Part shown: positions 1 through 14,800 of the stretch, piece by piece
Layout of the letters: the number at the start of each line of letters is the position of its first letter
How positions within the stretch are numbered: position 1 is the stretch's first letter
Source of the DNA: Tubulanus polymorphus
Lineage: Eukaryota > Animalia > Nemertea
Direction: 5' to 3'
DNA: 64,000 nt
NCBI RefSeq assembly: GCF_964204645.1
Contig: NC_134032.1
Span: 11,706,275-11,770,274, forward strand
Translations under genes and position numbers: made by a program
The notes under the pieces: generated by a model
Seen by the model: the letters and a program-made list of their open reading frames with translations, nothing else
The model's database searches: none
Told to the model about the DNA's origin: nothing

Positions 1-246
1 AGAGAAGGAGAATGAGAGGGAGAGCGGTGAATAGTTATGATAGAAGAGAAGATGAAAAGGATAATGAGAGCGGGATAGCAGATATAGGAGGGAGGAGGAA
101 GAGAAGGAGAATGGGAGGGAGGGCGGTGAATAGCAGTGATAGAAGAGAGGATGAAAAGGAGAATGAGAGCGGGGAATGGCAGAGAGAGGAGGAAGAGAAG
201 GAGAATGGGATGGAGAGCGGGGAATAGCAGTTATGGGAGAGAGAGA
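1..246. repeat. Purine-rich degenerate ~97-bp tandem repeat
   Basis: gagaaggagaatg...gcggtgaatag...gatagaagaga.gatgaaaagga repeated. Confidence 0.85.
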
Positions 247-3200
247 TTTATGAATGTGTACAGGATATCCTGAACATTAATGGTTATTTTGAACCAGGAT
301 TTGATGCGGGGATAGAACAATAAGTGCCGCAGCATGGTTCATCCATTCAGTTCTTATCATTGATAGAAATGGTAATCAGTAAAATGAATCACTCGTTGTA
401 AAAATTGATCTACTTTTGTCGTTGAAAACCGAACTGAACTGGATGAATTTCTATCAAAAATGACTCGCGATGGAGGATGGCCAGTCTTTAGATTAAACTC
501 TCCATTGTTTTCGTACCGAAGTTGAGAAACTTTCTCGGTTTATAAAGCGCTTGAATCTTGAATCAGTTCGTGCTGTAGAATTTAGCCAATGATGTCATGA
601 AGCGATCCTTTAGGAATGTGAGCTGCCTCCAGTCGGCGTGGGAATCCGATTCTGTAGAGGAAGTGGTCAACCACTGTAGCTGCAACCGGTTGAGAGTCTG
701 GACGAGGTTATTTCCGTCTCGTTGCGCATGCAGGTATTGCCACATATCCTCATCAACAACTATTACCTCCCGGAAATCCTAATGCAGTTAGATAGCAGAA
801 GACATCACGTCACTGTGGTATCTGCGGTTTACCAGCTATTGCTCAATGTTACTTATGAAAATAATGTTTACTGATGCAACTCCTCTCTGTCGGGTTTTTC
901 GTTCGTCTGAGATGAGGTTATAATCGAAACCGGAATCTATACGTCCCAGACAGAAATTTCCGGCCAACAACGCGAACTGAGATTTTCCCCCGACCTCACA
1001 GTTGATTTGTTTTTAGAATCATGAATTGTTTATCTAATTCTTAGAGAATTCGCAATACTAAAAGCTTAGCTAATGTTCATCCGTTACACCATCCAACAAC
1101 CCCCCCCCCCCCCCACTGGTTGGGGTAGGTTTGTAAGGCACCCCAAAAAAAATCAAACGAAGTATCAAATAAGTAACAGGGGGAATCCCTATTTTAAGTT
1201 TAGAAAAATGGTCATCAGTTGACGATCGCAGCATTTGGAGTCACCTTTTCTCAAGTGGGTGGCTCCGGTTGGACTCGGTTTCGGCTTCGGCTTAGAAAGT
1301 CCATCGTTTAGCTACTAATCGTTTCTGGTCAAACGAAAGTTGTGGCTCTTCGAAATTGGAGGGCGTCTTCTCATGTGAGAACGTCGAAAATATTCGGAAT
1401 CGGAGCCCATAAACATACTGCTGGGCCCTAGAATGTATCTGGTAGAATATTGGGAAAGGATCGATATCTAACTTAATTTTCTCTGGTTTAATGAAAATGA
1501 AAGCGCGACGCTCTTCAAGATTGTGGGACCCTTTTTTCAATTAAGGCCGACAAACGGTTTACTATAAACTATAGCAGCTGTAGAAATATCCGTTGTATGC
1601 GGGAACAAAAAATCGATATCTAACATAATTTCACCGAGTTGTTGCAAAATTTCAGAACGGCCGTTTATCGGAATGAATGTCAAACGTTCCTCGATTGAAT
1701 TACACGAATAACAATGCCGCATAATGTCGACACTTTATGAATGAAAATATTTACACTGCGGGCGCCGAGCACGCGCGCGCGCGCGATATTTCGCAATCGA
1801 AATTCCGATATCGTTGACATTTTTCATGAATCGACGACGATCTGAACTGGCGTGACCTCCCCATTCTCCCAGCGCGCGGGAATCTATTTTACTGTCACGA
1901 GGTGGAAATGGCTGCGGTTTCCGATGTTGTTGCTCAATTCTTTACGACCGGGTCCCGGATCGACTCCGGTGCACTTCGACGAACTTGCGATCTGTTTATG
2001 TCGTCGTATAGGATATTATTATTATTATTATGACTCGGGTTTTGGGATTGGCCCTGCTCGCCGGAACTCAATACAAAGCAGATAAATTTTATTTTTCAAG
2101 CCTAGACCTGGACCTGCATTTGAAATTTAAAGTTTTTCATTTGAAAATGAAAGTTATCATTTAACTTTGTCTGATGAATTTGGCGGTAGTACAGAAGGAA
2201 CGGGCCCCGTCCCTGATGACATCGTTTGGTATCGCTGGATAAGTCATTGCATTGTCGTATATGACATGGTTGCGAGCGCTATTCAAGTCAATTACTTTAG
2301 TAGGAGTCATTGTTGTAGATTTTTGAGTCATATTATGACTAGATAAGGGATAGTTAAGGTCTTAGGGAGTCATAATTACAGATTTTGGACTCGACAGTGC
2401 CAATGGATGGTATAGTTTGGAGTTTAGGAGTCATGATAATGACGGATTGATTCTATAATTATGGCTACAATTAGAACGTTTTGTTTCCCAGCTCCGCACG
2501 TGTCGTAAACCTATTTGTGAACTCGCGTTATTTTAGACTGGTTTAACCCGTCGTGTTGACCAGTCCATGACATATGTACATGCGTAGACATTTTGGTCAG
2601 AGTCCAAACTTGCCTGGTTTTTATAGACGACTCGATCGATCGGGTTCACAAGTTGAAATGCGAACTGACGGATGACACATGTGAGGTTTAAATCTCCTCC
2701 CAGTCGGAGTCAAATTCAGTTTAGTTCGTGACTATGTAACACGATGTGGGAGTTGTATGTTTATGAGGCAAAACTGTAGAACTGCATTTGGTGTTTAGTG
2801 ACAACGAAATCATAGGATTTGGTTGTTTTTCTGGGCGAAGGGTCGGGTTTAAGGGAGTTTGTGAAATGAAGTGTTGGGTCTTGATACGTCTAATTGGTAG
2901 TCTAGGATTGTCAGGGGCAAATTCAGGAGGACTCGTGTGAGACTTGTACAATGTCATCGCCATAGAACCGCTGTTAGTCCCAAAAGCGCTATTTTGGAGA
3001 AGTGACAAGTTCTTCCAAAATTGGCCTCTGGGTCCGGCCCCTGATTTCACTGGTTGCGTAACAAGAAACTTTATTCCCACCGTATTGTCCCGATCTCGTC
3101 GACCCCAAATTTAAAAATACCAGAGCGCCGATAAAAACCCGGATTCGACCAATCGCTGATCGTCGTTCGACGCCGTACGGAATTCCGATATTGTGCAATA

Positions 3201-6200
3201 TGGTCGTCGTTGCGTCGAGCCTCTCTTCTAATGTTTGTATTGTTTATTTACGGCGATAAAAACTACGAAACAAACGCCAGGAATTTTCCCACACGTCACG
3301 TTAACGACACCGCCGATCTTCTCTAGGCCATTGTTAGATTTTTGCGCCACTTGAAATTCTTACAAAATGTTTTTCCTAGTGATTGATTGATACTGCGACT
3401 TTGACAGTTGAATATTCCGAGCTCTTTGATGAAGGATTCCTAGAAGGCAGGGTCCGAGGGAAATTCGAGGCCACTGAAATCAAAGCAGCCCAAGGCCGGC
3501 GTGGTGAATCGGACGATGGCAGAGACTATTTTTACAAAAAAAACTCTGTTTTAGAAATACTTGAGTCCTGATGCAAAGTTTCGTGAATAGATTTGTTGGA
3601 TTTATGTTTATTTTTTCAAATCTTGTCAATAATGGGACAAACTGGTGACGCAGATGGCCCTGAGACATTCAGATCCGATGAGGAATTATGTGCTGCACAT
3701 TCCAACAGGCAGAACATGTCAACTTTATGTGGAAAAATACTTGTTTGTCAATCCGTAGACTGTTTACTCGATAATGATTTTATTCTGAAATCTCCACTGT
3801 ATTTGACCCTACTATTCATAGATAGGTCTTTCCGAACATACAAGAGAAGGCATTAGGCCGCGATTTTGTAATAATTTCCATTTGAAACAATGGAATTCAG
3901 ACATTCCGTTTCGGCAGACGTTGCTGCTACACTCGTAGAAATTCCTGTGATTTTCCCTGCGACTGAGTGTCGTGTCGTGTCGTGTCGCAAGACTTAGAAC
4001 CGCTGAACTTTGAAACGAACCATTCTTAACAAGCCTCTCTGACCCGGTACACACGTTAGTCCGTTCCTAGAAATAGTTTGTAATAAACGGCGCCTCGAAC
4101 GTAATTTGTTTTTCCGGGTTATTTTTGAAACAATTTAACAGCGGCGAGGTTGTTGCGCAATTTTCTCGGATCTGGCGCCGTAGCGAGAGTTCGCGAACTC
4201 GGGACGAGCTGAAAACAACTTGGTAAGATTTACCGAGAAAAACGAAACGCTTATTACGCGATGACGTCAATGAGAACTGAACCTTCAGTATAGTCATCGT
4301 TCTTTGTTCGCAATCAGTTTTACGCGCGTCGAATAAATTGCTTTTGTTGCCGTTTTTGTTGTTGTTGTTGAATAAATATTTCGAGATCTCGAGAGAGATA
4401 TAGAAATGTCATCAGTTTCTCTACGTATTTGAATTTATTCGATATTTGACTATGTATTCGTATGCAAACGCAATAGGGGTCGTTTGGAGTTCAAATTGTA
4501 ACGTAGAGAAGGTTTAAAACTTGATTTTTCCGAAATTTGTGTGATCAATATCTTAAAGGAGAAAATTTAATATTTGATACAGGGAACTTGTAACTTTTTC
4601 AGTTTTTTTTTAAAGTAAGGAATATTTTCTTGAGAAATTATTGTAGGATCAGTTCACGTGGGTTCGGCCTATATCTCTCTTAAGAGTCCATTCCCGCTTC
4701 CACTCTCTCATTGGCGCCAATGACCACACATTCCATTCAGGTTCATATTCCTATGTCCATTCTCTCTAGCTGTCCACTCCCTCAGTATCCACTTCCTGGC
4801 CCAGTATATGATTCATGTTTAGGATCTTTCTCAGATTAAGGTACGCTCCCTCTTTCGCTCGGGTTTCCATTCCCGCCTAAAGAGCCACTCCCTGATCCGC
4901 ACCCACTCAACGCCCGCCCACCCACTCCCTCTCCGGGGTATTGACGTATTTTAATCTATCGATCAGCGATGAGTGATAATTATGGTTATGATGATCATGT
5001 GTTCCTCGACAGTACTACTGCAGTACGCGTTGTCGCAGTAAAGTACTGTAGAGTGCTGTAAAATGCTCTCATCTGCTCGCAGCCCTGGAGGAGACACATC
5101 TGTGTGTGTGTGTGTGTGTAACATGTGACTCACTCACTGTTGATCAGAACCCTGGTTTAATATTCATCGATCTCGACAATTTGTTCATTATTTCGCAATT
5201 TTTATTTTCCTAAGATAAACATTGATAGAACAGATCGGTGCTGATGGCTGCGCACTTCTGGTTTGAGATGAAAAAAAAATTTCTTTTTTTTCGGTGACTG
5301 GGATGCGGCAGTGGGGCAATGATACGGGCAATAAGTAAGGGTTGGAGAATAGAGCGGGCCAGGGTTTGTCAGTTGCGGACAGTAGATGACCGTTAAGGGG
5401 CCAGGGTTCGTTAACCGATAAGGGGTACAGATAATGATTGAAAGCAAATGCTTGGGAGGTAAGAGGTAAGTGATTGGCCTAATTATTCCTCCCTGCCATA
5501 CGCCCAGGCTAAGGGCAAACGGGGTTCATCTTTTCGAATCCCCCTGGAAAGTGCTTTTGAAGATATATGGAAAGGCTCTTAAAAGTGTATGCCTTAACCT
5601 TGCTACCTAACCCTGAAAACATGTTAGATTGAAGTGAGGTGTAGGATATGTAGGATACCAGGGGTATAAAGGGTCGTAGGGTATGGGATGTTAGTTGGTT
5701 ATCCTTGTGAGGTCAATGAATCAAACAGGTGTTATCGGGTTATTCATTCCAATCCCAGCTTGTGCTCTCCATAACTGGGGGATAAGAGGAGGATTGCATA
5801 ATCATGATTCATTCTTGTACTCCCCCATCAGCATCAGCAGCGGCAACATAGATCCAGTTACCATGGCGACTAGAGATACACTGATAAATCACTATTCTCA
5901 ACATTAATTGATGAATAAGATACTGGTGGAAGTGATAAGACTTACCACTGTATGACTTATCACTTCATTAGATGGAAATAGTCATTCCGTGCAGCAAGTC
6001 AACCAGTCATTACTTCATGGTATAGTTAATCAACTTGGAGTCCTTTGATAGGAGTCCATCAGTTGGAAGTCTTTTGTCCTAGAGTCGTTTAATCGAAGTC
6101 AATCAGTCTGAAGTCATTCATTTTTGAAATAATTGATTTAGTCCGGAATAGATAAGTCTTGACTTGTCTAAAAACCAATATCAGTTGGCTGTTGGGCCAC

Positions 6201-9200
6201 CGTGGATATCATATCGGTTTTCAATTTGTGCTTCGTTTCGATTTGAAAGTTGACATTTCGGCGACGAAAATTAATTGATTATTTCCCTAATTTGCCACAT
6301 AGGAATTTCTAGTTGCAATTCATGATCCCGACCTTATATTAAACACAACCATCTGTTGAACGAAGTATAATAGTTATATGGCCGATCCCTGAGTTGGACA
6401 GCTGGGTTTCATAATGCATCTGTCCCGCTATAGCAACCTTGCTTAATACTATAGTATCCACAGTGGCAGCGACTTGCCCCTATTGTCCGGAGATGTTAAC
6501 CTTAAAAATGCCCAGGGGGTTCGACACCATCCACACAAGGCCTCACTGGCAATAGGATTGAGGACTCTTGATGAATTTTAAAAGGTGATTTAATTGCGTT
6601 GAAGGGTGGATAAAAATTCTCAAAAACTAGGACCGCATGATGTCTTATAATGACGGTATTATTATTGTGGGATTCGTACCCGTGGCAACCAGGTGTTCGG
6701 ACGGTTTGTTTATATCGGAATAATTAGGTCATCTGGGACTCTCTTATGGGCAGCTGTCTGGCCAACGGGCCACGTGCCCTCAATCAAATTCCCTAAATCC
6801 AACCATGTTTGCTAAAAATAGTTGTTTAAAAACATCTGTGCACGTTCCCAACTCAAAGAGTGATCGAGATTAGAGTCTACCGCTAGAGACAAAGCTACTA
6901 ACCCTATAGTTACCAACCTGGTTTTGTAGACCAGGACCCAATTCCATAGTTGTGAGATAAAGTTGTACATTTTAGGACAAAACTGGTAGTTACAATGCTT
7001 TGTGATATCTACGATAAGGTTGTTGATGCTTCTTCTCGGGTATCCAGTCCAGGGGCCCCCTAGCTCGAGATTTTTGCCGCGACTGCAGACGAGGGACCTA
7101 TTTTCGAGGAAATTTTCGATATTGTGTTGAATGAATTTATGACCGGGCGTGAGAATCAACATGGACCCCGGGAGGAAATGGGTAATAATAGTCAGGATGA
7201 AGTAAATGACCTATATTGTTATTTCCTAGTATTCAAAGACAGGAAGTTATAGGCCTAACTTCCTTGTTATTATTCCATATTTGTGTTTGTTGTCTGTTGT
7301 GTGGATTGCCATCCTGCGTTCATGATTTTGTGGTATACCTTTGAAGAAAAATGCTCTGCAAACAAAAAGACAATAGGCAATATCTATCCTCGCCCACAGT
7401 TGAGTGGAAGTGACGCTTCAATTCGAAATTATTTACTTCTTCGAAATGACTTCCTTTTAATTATAGAAGTATTTTAAGGGAGGGCTGGGGAGGGGGAGGG
7501 AAAGTGAGAGAGGGAGAGAAGAGGGAGAATAGGGCGAGAGGATGTTTGCGCGGAAATACGAATTTTAAGAAATGAATCGCGATTTGTGTGTCAATTGGCG
7601 CGCACCTCGTCGCCGGCTCTCAGCATCGCGGCCATCTTCATCATCCTGGACCATAGTAGACTGGGATGAGTTGCATTTTTCAAGAGAAGCATCCATCATC
7701 ATCGTCGAGTCGTCACCTGGCCGGTTAAAACACTCAACACAATAGTACCTATACGGGTAGCACCCCCAGATGGTCTAAGTATTGTAACTAGATGGCCTAC
7801 ATTTTTAAACAATATTAGTGAATATTGTGGCGCCGGGTGTCCTGCCCTCGGCCGGGATTCGACTTATTCGAACTATAATCGATTCAAACAATGTCTAATT
7901 TGGCTAGTAGGTTAGTTTTAAGTTAGAATGAAATCATTTTCAATAGGGGTTTCAATAGGGATCTAGGGAAATTGCTGATGACAGGGGTCCAGACCCTCTG
8001 AGACCACCCTCTCCCTAAACCCGACCCTGTCAAAGTTTTAATCAGGAATAGGGTACTACTGGCTGTTGGAGCCGGTTGACAGTCCGGGGACCAGATGCAC
8101 GGGACCAATCTTAGTTCTATAGTCGATCTTACAACTTAGGGGGATCATTCAGAGCCCATTTATATGTAACGGGCAGTGTTCCATAGTCATCACTTACGTC
8201 CAAAATGGTCTTAAAAATGAAGATCTTAAGTCACGTCTATAGAGTTGAGATCTGAGACTGAAGGCTTGTCTAAGCTATGCCTATAGTAATGCACATAGAC
8301 TTGGCGTGTGAGAACCCACAATCAAGAGAAGCAAATCAAATCTCACGCTCTCAAACGTTTCCATCGAGAAAGGAGACAATTGATAGTTTTTTGACAATCT
8401 CTATAATTTCTGGTCTTTATAGTAACTCTTGACCGAGCAAATGGAAAGTTCAAGCGAATACGAGGCCGTCGTCGAATCGAATTCTGCCCTAAAAAGAATC
8501 GAGTTAATCGATTCTTTTTGTGATCGGTCGGCCTATATCATCGCGTACCGAGCAACTGGGGGTCAAACATGACGTATAGGCCTATTTCGAATCCGGTTTA
8601 TTTTCGGCCGCGATCCATTGTTGCGCGTATTGTCGTCGCTATAGCGATCATTTTTTTATAGCCATTGTCCGATGATGAAATAGTCATCGCCGTCGACGAC
8701 CGCGTCGCCGGAGAAAAAAATTTTCGTAACCGCGTCGGCAACAAAGAAAAGACTTCGAGACCGTGACTTCGGCGCAACGAGAACGACGATTTAAAAAAAG
8801 ATACGAATCGTGGAAAATGGGCTGGAAATAGATAAAATTGATAAAGGGCGACATCATGCGCGCGAGCCGTGTTAGAAATATTATTTTGTAAATCGTAATG
8901 ACTGTTTCTTCATATGCAGTTAACCCCGTCTGACTCGGGACCACAAATCGGGAACCGCAGCAAAATTGGTCCGACTGTAGTGAAAGACCGAGTTGAAGAT
9001 CGGATAATATAAATTAAGAAGTCTGAATGTGATTTCCCTTTTGTCTGAGTTTGTTGGTTAGGATTAGAGTTAAGGGTTAGGGGACCAAAGTTGGAGAGTT
9101 GGGATCCAGGACCCATTTCCACAGTTGTGAGTTAAGATTTGACTCTGTGGAGTTAACTCTAACTCATGACTGTGGAACGGGATTCAGTTGTGAGTTCGAG

Positions 9201-9734
9201 TTGACTCTTGAGTAAGAAAAACGTTCATTTTCAATGTTTTAACTCTCAGTCAAATCTTAACTCGGAACTGGGGCCCTTGCTTAGTATTCATAGATCCGAA
9301 GGTATCAGGGTTATATTCATCCCCCGTATTTTAAAATCACCATTGATTGTATATTTGTTGTGCACTATCCGGCGCTATTCCTACGCGATATGCGTACAGT
9401 TGTCATAGAGATGACTCGAAGGACCTGTTGTGGGTTTGCGGTCTGAGTGGTGCTCGTACCAGAAATTCCTGCGGTTTTCATTCATAATATCCGTTCATTC
9501 AATCTCTTCACTTTCCTCTCATTAAAAGCAGCGTCGGCGATGCCATCTGGTGGGTTTTAGCTGAACTATCGTATTTTGACAATTTCAAAATCTCCTCTAG
9601 TGACAGTAAACTAATAACGATAATATGTCTTTTCGCTAATACCCCCTCTGAAAGTAATCGATAACTTTTTTAAAGAACTATCTTTTGCTATCAATCCAAC
9701 AGCCATCTTTTTGTGAGGTTCAATCGCTAGGCCA

Positions 9735-10010
9735 TAATTGATGATGTCATAGGGTGATATATAGTGACATGCTTCTGTTCTACATACGGTCAATTTGATG
9801 ATGCCATAGGGGGATTTACGTGGCCGGCCTTCTTTCCTGACAGGTTTTATACAATGATGTCATAGGGGGATTTATGGAGATGGCCTTCTTTCCTGTCATG
9901 TTTATAGATACGATGATGTCATAGGGGGATTTATGGAGATGGCCATCTATTCTGAAAGGTTTATGGAAAAGGTCGTTTGGTTCGATGATGTCATAGGGGG
10001 ATTTATGGAA
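9735..10010. repeat. Tandem repeat with core gatgatgtcatagggggatttatgg
   Basis: Five cores; a reverse-complement array lies at ~59100-59710. Confidence 0.85.
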
Positions 10011-10669
10011 CTAGAAGTCAATTGACGAACGCACAAGTTATAGTAGTGCCTCTCTATTCCCTTGGAATTACTTTTTTATCTAAACGTAGCTTTTGAACTT
10101 GGATATCGTTGAATTCCATTCGGTAAACCGCGTCGACGGCGACGACCAAGCCGACTGATGACATCATCAGCCGAGATGACGGGGGTGTCGTTGCTAGGCA
10201 GCCGCTGATCGGGGCGGCGCGTGCACTACCTGGGAGTTCGATAAGGCGCCGTGAAAAAAAAAAATAGAACCAGCGACAAACGGCAACAGCATCCGTCTAA
10301 GTGCGCGGCGGCGGCGGATTAAGAATCGCGTTCACCGTCGTCGACAGCGACGACGAGGATCGAATGACGTCAATACGGCGAGAAAGATACATCGTTCAGT
10401 TTTAAAAATAACTCGTTATTCTGAGAAACTTCGCGCGTCTCGAGTCTTCTCAATCGCGGCTCCGGTTACTGTTCGTCGCGTTAGGTGCAAAATATCGAAT
10501 ATCGGAAATCTTTCGATGAACGGTTGAAAAAAACGGTTGAATTTGAATCCGACGTTGCACATTTTCGATCGTCCAAGACATATCGAGTCAAGGGGATATT
10601 CATCGATGAAGTCCCTCTGGGTTCGATCCTCGGGGGATTTCTGTCTTAATACAGCCACTAAGAGTGTTA

Positions 10670-11095
10670 GAAAGTCGTCACTCTTTGGTCACAGTTTGTA
10701 TCGATTTGAATATTCATCAGATGAGTTCATCGTAGATGGTTTAAAACAGTTGCGTCTAAAACAAGAAAGTTACCGAACAGGACCATCGGTTCAATTGTCT
10801 TCAAAATCAATCATAGCTTGAAGCTATGTTTTTAAGTGAAACTGAGATTGTATTAAAGTTGTCACTCTGGTCACAGTTTGTATCGATCTAAATATTCTTC
10901 AGACCGAGTTCATCGTTGATGATTAAAATCAGTTTTGTTTCAATAAGATAGCTACCAGCATCGTCGCCTTCAAAAAGAATCGGCGTAAAGCCATGTTTAA
11001 AAAGTCATCACTCGGTCGTAGTTTGTATCGATGTGAATATTCTTCATCGGTTCAATTGTCCTGTAAATTGATTCACAGCGCGAAGCTGCGTTTTT
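10670..11095. repeat. Three degenerate ~150-185-bp tandem units
   Basis: aaagt..tcactc..ggtc..agtttgtatcgat...aatattc at ~10671, ~10855 and ~11001. Confidence 0.75.
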
Positions 11096-11432
11096 TGTTT
11101 TTCGCGCATGTGTCCAAAAAGGGTTCGGATATAAGGGTTGTTCCCGGAGAACTTGGTTACCGGGTGCGGTATATATTAATTATTACGGCAATACGGTATT
11201 GAATTGTCGCGTTTAGTATCCGTTGAATGCTATACCTGTTGCTACCATGGTTACGCGCATGTATCGCGCCGGGTTCTGAGTATTGAGTCATTCAACGGCG
11301 CATCGCGCGAGGAGTGCTGGGTCGCGGATTAAACCATCCTCTCCCCGCTGCGGCTCCGGATTATCCTTTACATCATCCGGGCGTGTAATTGTCACCACCG
11401 AGCGTGCGAGACAGCTGTAAAAACGTATACGT

Positions 11433-11435
<3 letters not shown>

Positions 11436-11466
<31 letters not shown>
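11436..11466. repeat. (TA)n microsatellite
   Basis: Seen directly. Confidence 0.95.
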
Positions 11467-11471
<5 letters not shown>

Positions 11472-11584
11472 ATTATGTGTGACACAATTGCGTCATTGAG
11501 TCATTGAACACTCCTGTATTGATTTCATATCATAGTAACAATAGTTCCTATCAGTTAATCCGTCTGCGTTGTCCATATGCTAGA

Positions 11585-11832
11585 ATTCTGAAGGGGCTGC
11601 GTTTGTTGTTATGATATTGTGGCTGCTGAAGTATAGCAAGGCTTTCGATCCGCCCTAAAAATACAGAAAATATAAGCTTAATTTTTGTGTAATCTGTTTA
11701 CATTAGCTCAACATATTTCAAAGCTTTGATCGAATATTGGCATCGACTCCGGTAGGGGCCGCGGATATTTCATAAGGGGTGGATGTAAAAATGGAAGGGG
11801 TGGCCACCCCTCTAAAACCGGTTGTGGAGAAC
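11585..11832. mobile_element. Degenerate copy of the hAT-like MITE at 38287
   Basis: Shared blocks aaggggctgc, tgtggctgctgaag, agcaaggctttcga, cattagctcaa, ataaggggtgg, cccctctaa, tggagaac, in the same order. Confidence 0.65.
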
Positions 11833-14800
11833 GAATTACAGAAAACAGTATCGATGTTAAATGTGCCTTCTGTCTCTTTGGGGCTAGAAATGAATCCTGA
11901 AACAGGCCCCACGTAGGTTTACTTTCTATTGCGTTACGTAATGTTCAGAGTCTAACATTATTGATCGTACAGGGGTGTCATAAAGAATATCCAAATCATC
12001 GCATACACTGCCGTCCGTACCCATGTGGCTCCTTAATCAGTTTTGATGTCATTCGGAGGCATGTTTTCCCTCTACACAATGATTCGATCCAGGAGGACAT
12101 GGGTTCGGCTCTGGCAACATTCCATCATGGAAACTTCGTGTCTAGATTTGTGAATCGAATTAATGAATGAACGCTGTGGGAGAGTGAGGTGAGAAATGTT
12201 AATGCGCACTCTCTCTCTCTCATTCAGCTGGTTGAGTCATCCTGGATTCATTCAACTGACTCTTTCGGGCGAGAGCGAGAAAAAATATGATAGGAATTTC
12301 TATTTCCAGCTCGAAGTTCGTGCTATTTATAACCTCTATGTTTATAAACCATTCATGAAGCAACAGGTAGTCGCGGTGTGCGGAGTATTTAAACAAGGGG
12401 ATGTTCTAAGCCCCTGAACGTTTTCGTTCCTGCAGTTGTTGTTCTAGTATCGGCCCAGAGGGTATGGGCTCCTGGCTGTTGGTGCTTTCGTCTTGTGAAT
12501 GTTTTTCTGCGGTTCTCGATGGTTCTATATTATTGCATATGAAACAAGGGCGCGATCTTAGCCCCTGAAAGTTTTTGGCTACATGCGGTTGCAACTCTCT
12601 GACTGGCCTAGACATTCTTAAAGCTAGGCAACTTTGAATCCTTATTCCCGAATGTTAAAAAGGAGAAGTTCTCAACTTAGATGTTGTAGCAGGCAGTCAC
12701 TAGTCCTGCATGCTTTACCACCCATACCACCCCACCATCCCTGATGTTTTCTACCGGTGGCAGCGTACTTTATGAAAAACTTCTCCGATATTTTCTCGTA
12801 TAATAAGCTCTACATAGATAAGACAACATATTTCTCAGCGCGCTGGATCCGTCTTTCATTGTCAGAGATAAATGTTTGCGTAGATGAATACAGTTCAGTC
12901 TGTCTGCCGGATGAAGAGGTCAAGGGAGGTTAGACCAAAAACTCTCCCGCTCCAGGGTCGTAAGCCGAATCCAGGATTACGATTGAATTGAACCGGCTTG
13001 AACTGAATGGATCGATGATAGTCGAAAAGACCGGGGAATTCGCGAATGACGAAATCGGCGGCGATAATTTATGAATTAACGAGTCACATGAATGAAATTA
13101 TATAGCTCCCGAAGAAGAATGAGACGACAGGAACGCGTGGAATTTCGAGTTGTATCCGGGATCATCGGTAGTAACAATAGCGCGAGAGAGACATCGCGCC
13201 GAGAAAAAGCGCCGAAATAAATTTGGCCGCAGTTCAACTCGATGTCACAAGCGACCCGAACCGTCGACGCTGTCGCGTGAGACAGCGATTATTGGCTATA
13301 ATTCAAAATAGGAATGTTTAAACACACGAGACATCTGTATTGAATGTTCGAGCTTCGAATTTACCTGTGCGTACACGACGGGTCCATCCCGGGTATCTGG
13401 GTACTCCGTGAAAAAACCCTGGAGGTTTTCTATGTCTCGCTCGAATTTAGATTATTGCGTATTAATGTCCTTTCTCTAAATATCTTCTCAGAGCATGTGC
13501 TGTCTTGGGCCCCCTCACACCACCATTCTTCTATAAGATTTATTTAGCAAATTTGTTCCAGAATGGCCCCCCTTAGCCCGACATGGCTTTCACTATTGCT
13601 TAGAAGTCTTCCACCTTAGTCTAAAGCCCTAAAATTCCTTCTACGAGTAGCTAACCCCTCATTGCACCATCTGCTGCCCTAGGAGCGTTTTGAAAATGCT
13701 GGACCCTGGACGCGTGGGCAGACGGACAGGACGAGGGCAGACGCACGTAATAATTCTACAGCGAGTGGCGTGATCTCTCTCTCAGCTCTCTCTCGCTCGT
13801 CGATTCTGATTAAAAAACAGTCGTTCGTTCGTTCCTGTTTGTTCTGTATTGTAAGTGCGCAGTATGTCTGCACGAGATTTAAATGTCAAGGTCGTCGTAC
13901 TGCGGTGGTATGCATTAATCAGGTCAGTTATTGTCGACGCTGTTTTCGAAGCGGTTATCGATTTATAACGGGAACGAATAAAAATGATGTTTTATTATAT
14001 TATTTTCGCAGTCTGCGGGTTGTAAACGTTAGTCCGGTGTTTTCGATTAATGAGGAATCGGGGAATCTGTGCGAGGGTAAAATTGAAAAAAAAACGAGGG
14101 CAGTAGGGTAAGGCCGGAAACTAGAAATCTTCGATGAGAAATGGATGGTTTTTTGGAACCGAGAGGGAGGTATGAAGATAGGCGAGGGGAGAGGAGGGTG
14201 AGGATTGGAGAGAAAAGGAGTGTTGAGGGGTAGTGGGAGGAGTGCTTAATAAATGACCTCACCGTATTTTGACTCAATGACTCATTTCATACCGAATAAG
14301 GACATTAGAATAATTGCAGCGTAACAGGACATTGTACAGCGGTGAATGAGTGACCAGTAACAGGGATTGACCGCTGAGAGTGACCGGTATGAACAGGGAT
14401 TGACCGGTACCGTCTGTACTAATTGTGACTCAATTTGTACTGAGTAATATACGCGTCGTAGGCTCTTGAACTATCAGCTGATATCGATTTATACGGGCCA
14501 CGAATAATAATAATAAACTCGATTCTTAATAATTACTAATAATCAGTCGACGGGTTCGAGAGGGTTGTTTTCGTCTGAAAGGAATTAATTCTCGGAATAC
14601 AACCATGACGACGATGACGGCGGGAATGGCGGCAGCTGAGCGCGGATCATAGGTTTTAATCTCGCAAGGGGAGAAGACAGCTGGGGTCGCGCGAGACGCC
14701 GATCGATCATAGGGTTGTAGGTGGTTGAACAGCTTGAGAAAAATTTTTTAAAAATTGTTTTGATTTGATTGGAATTCAGGGTTTGGGACCATCGCCATGC

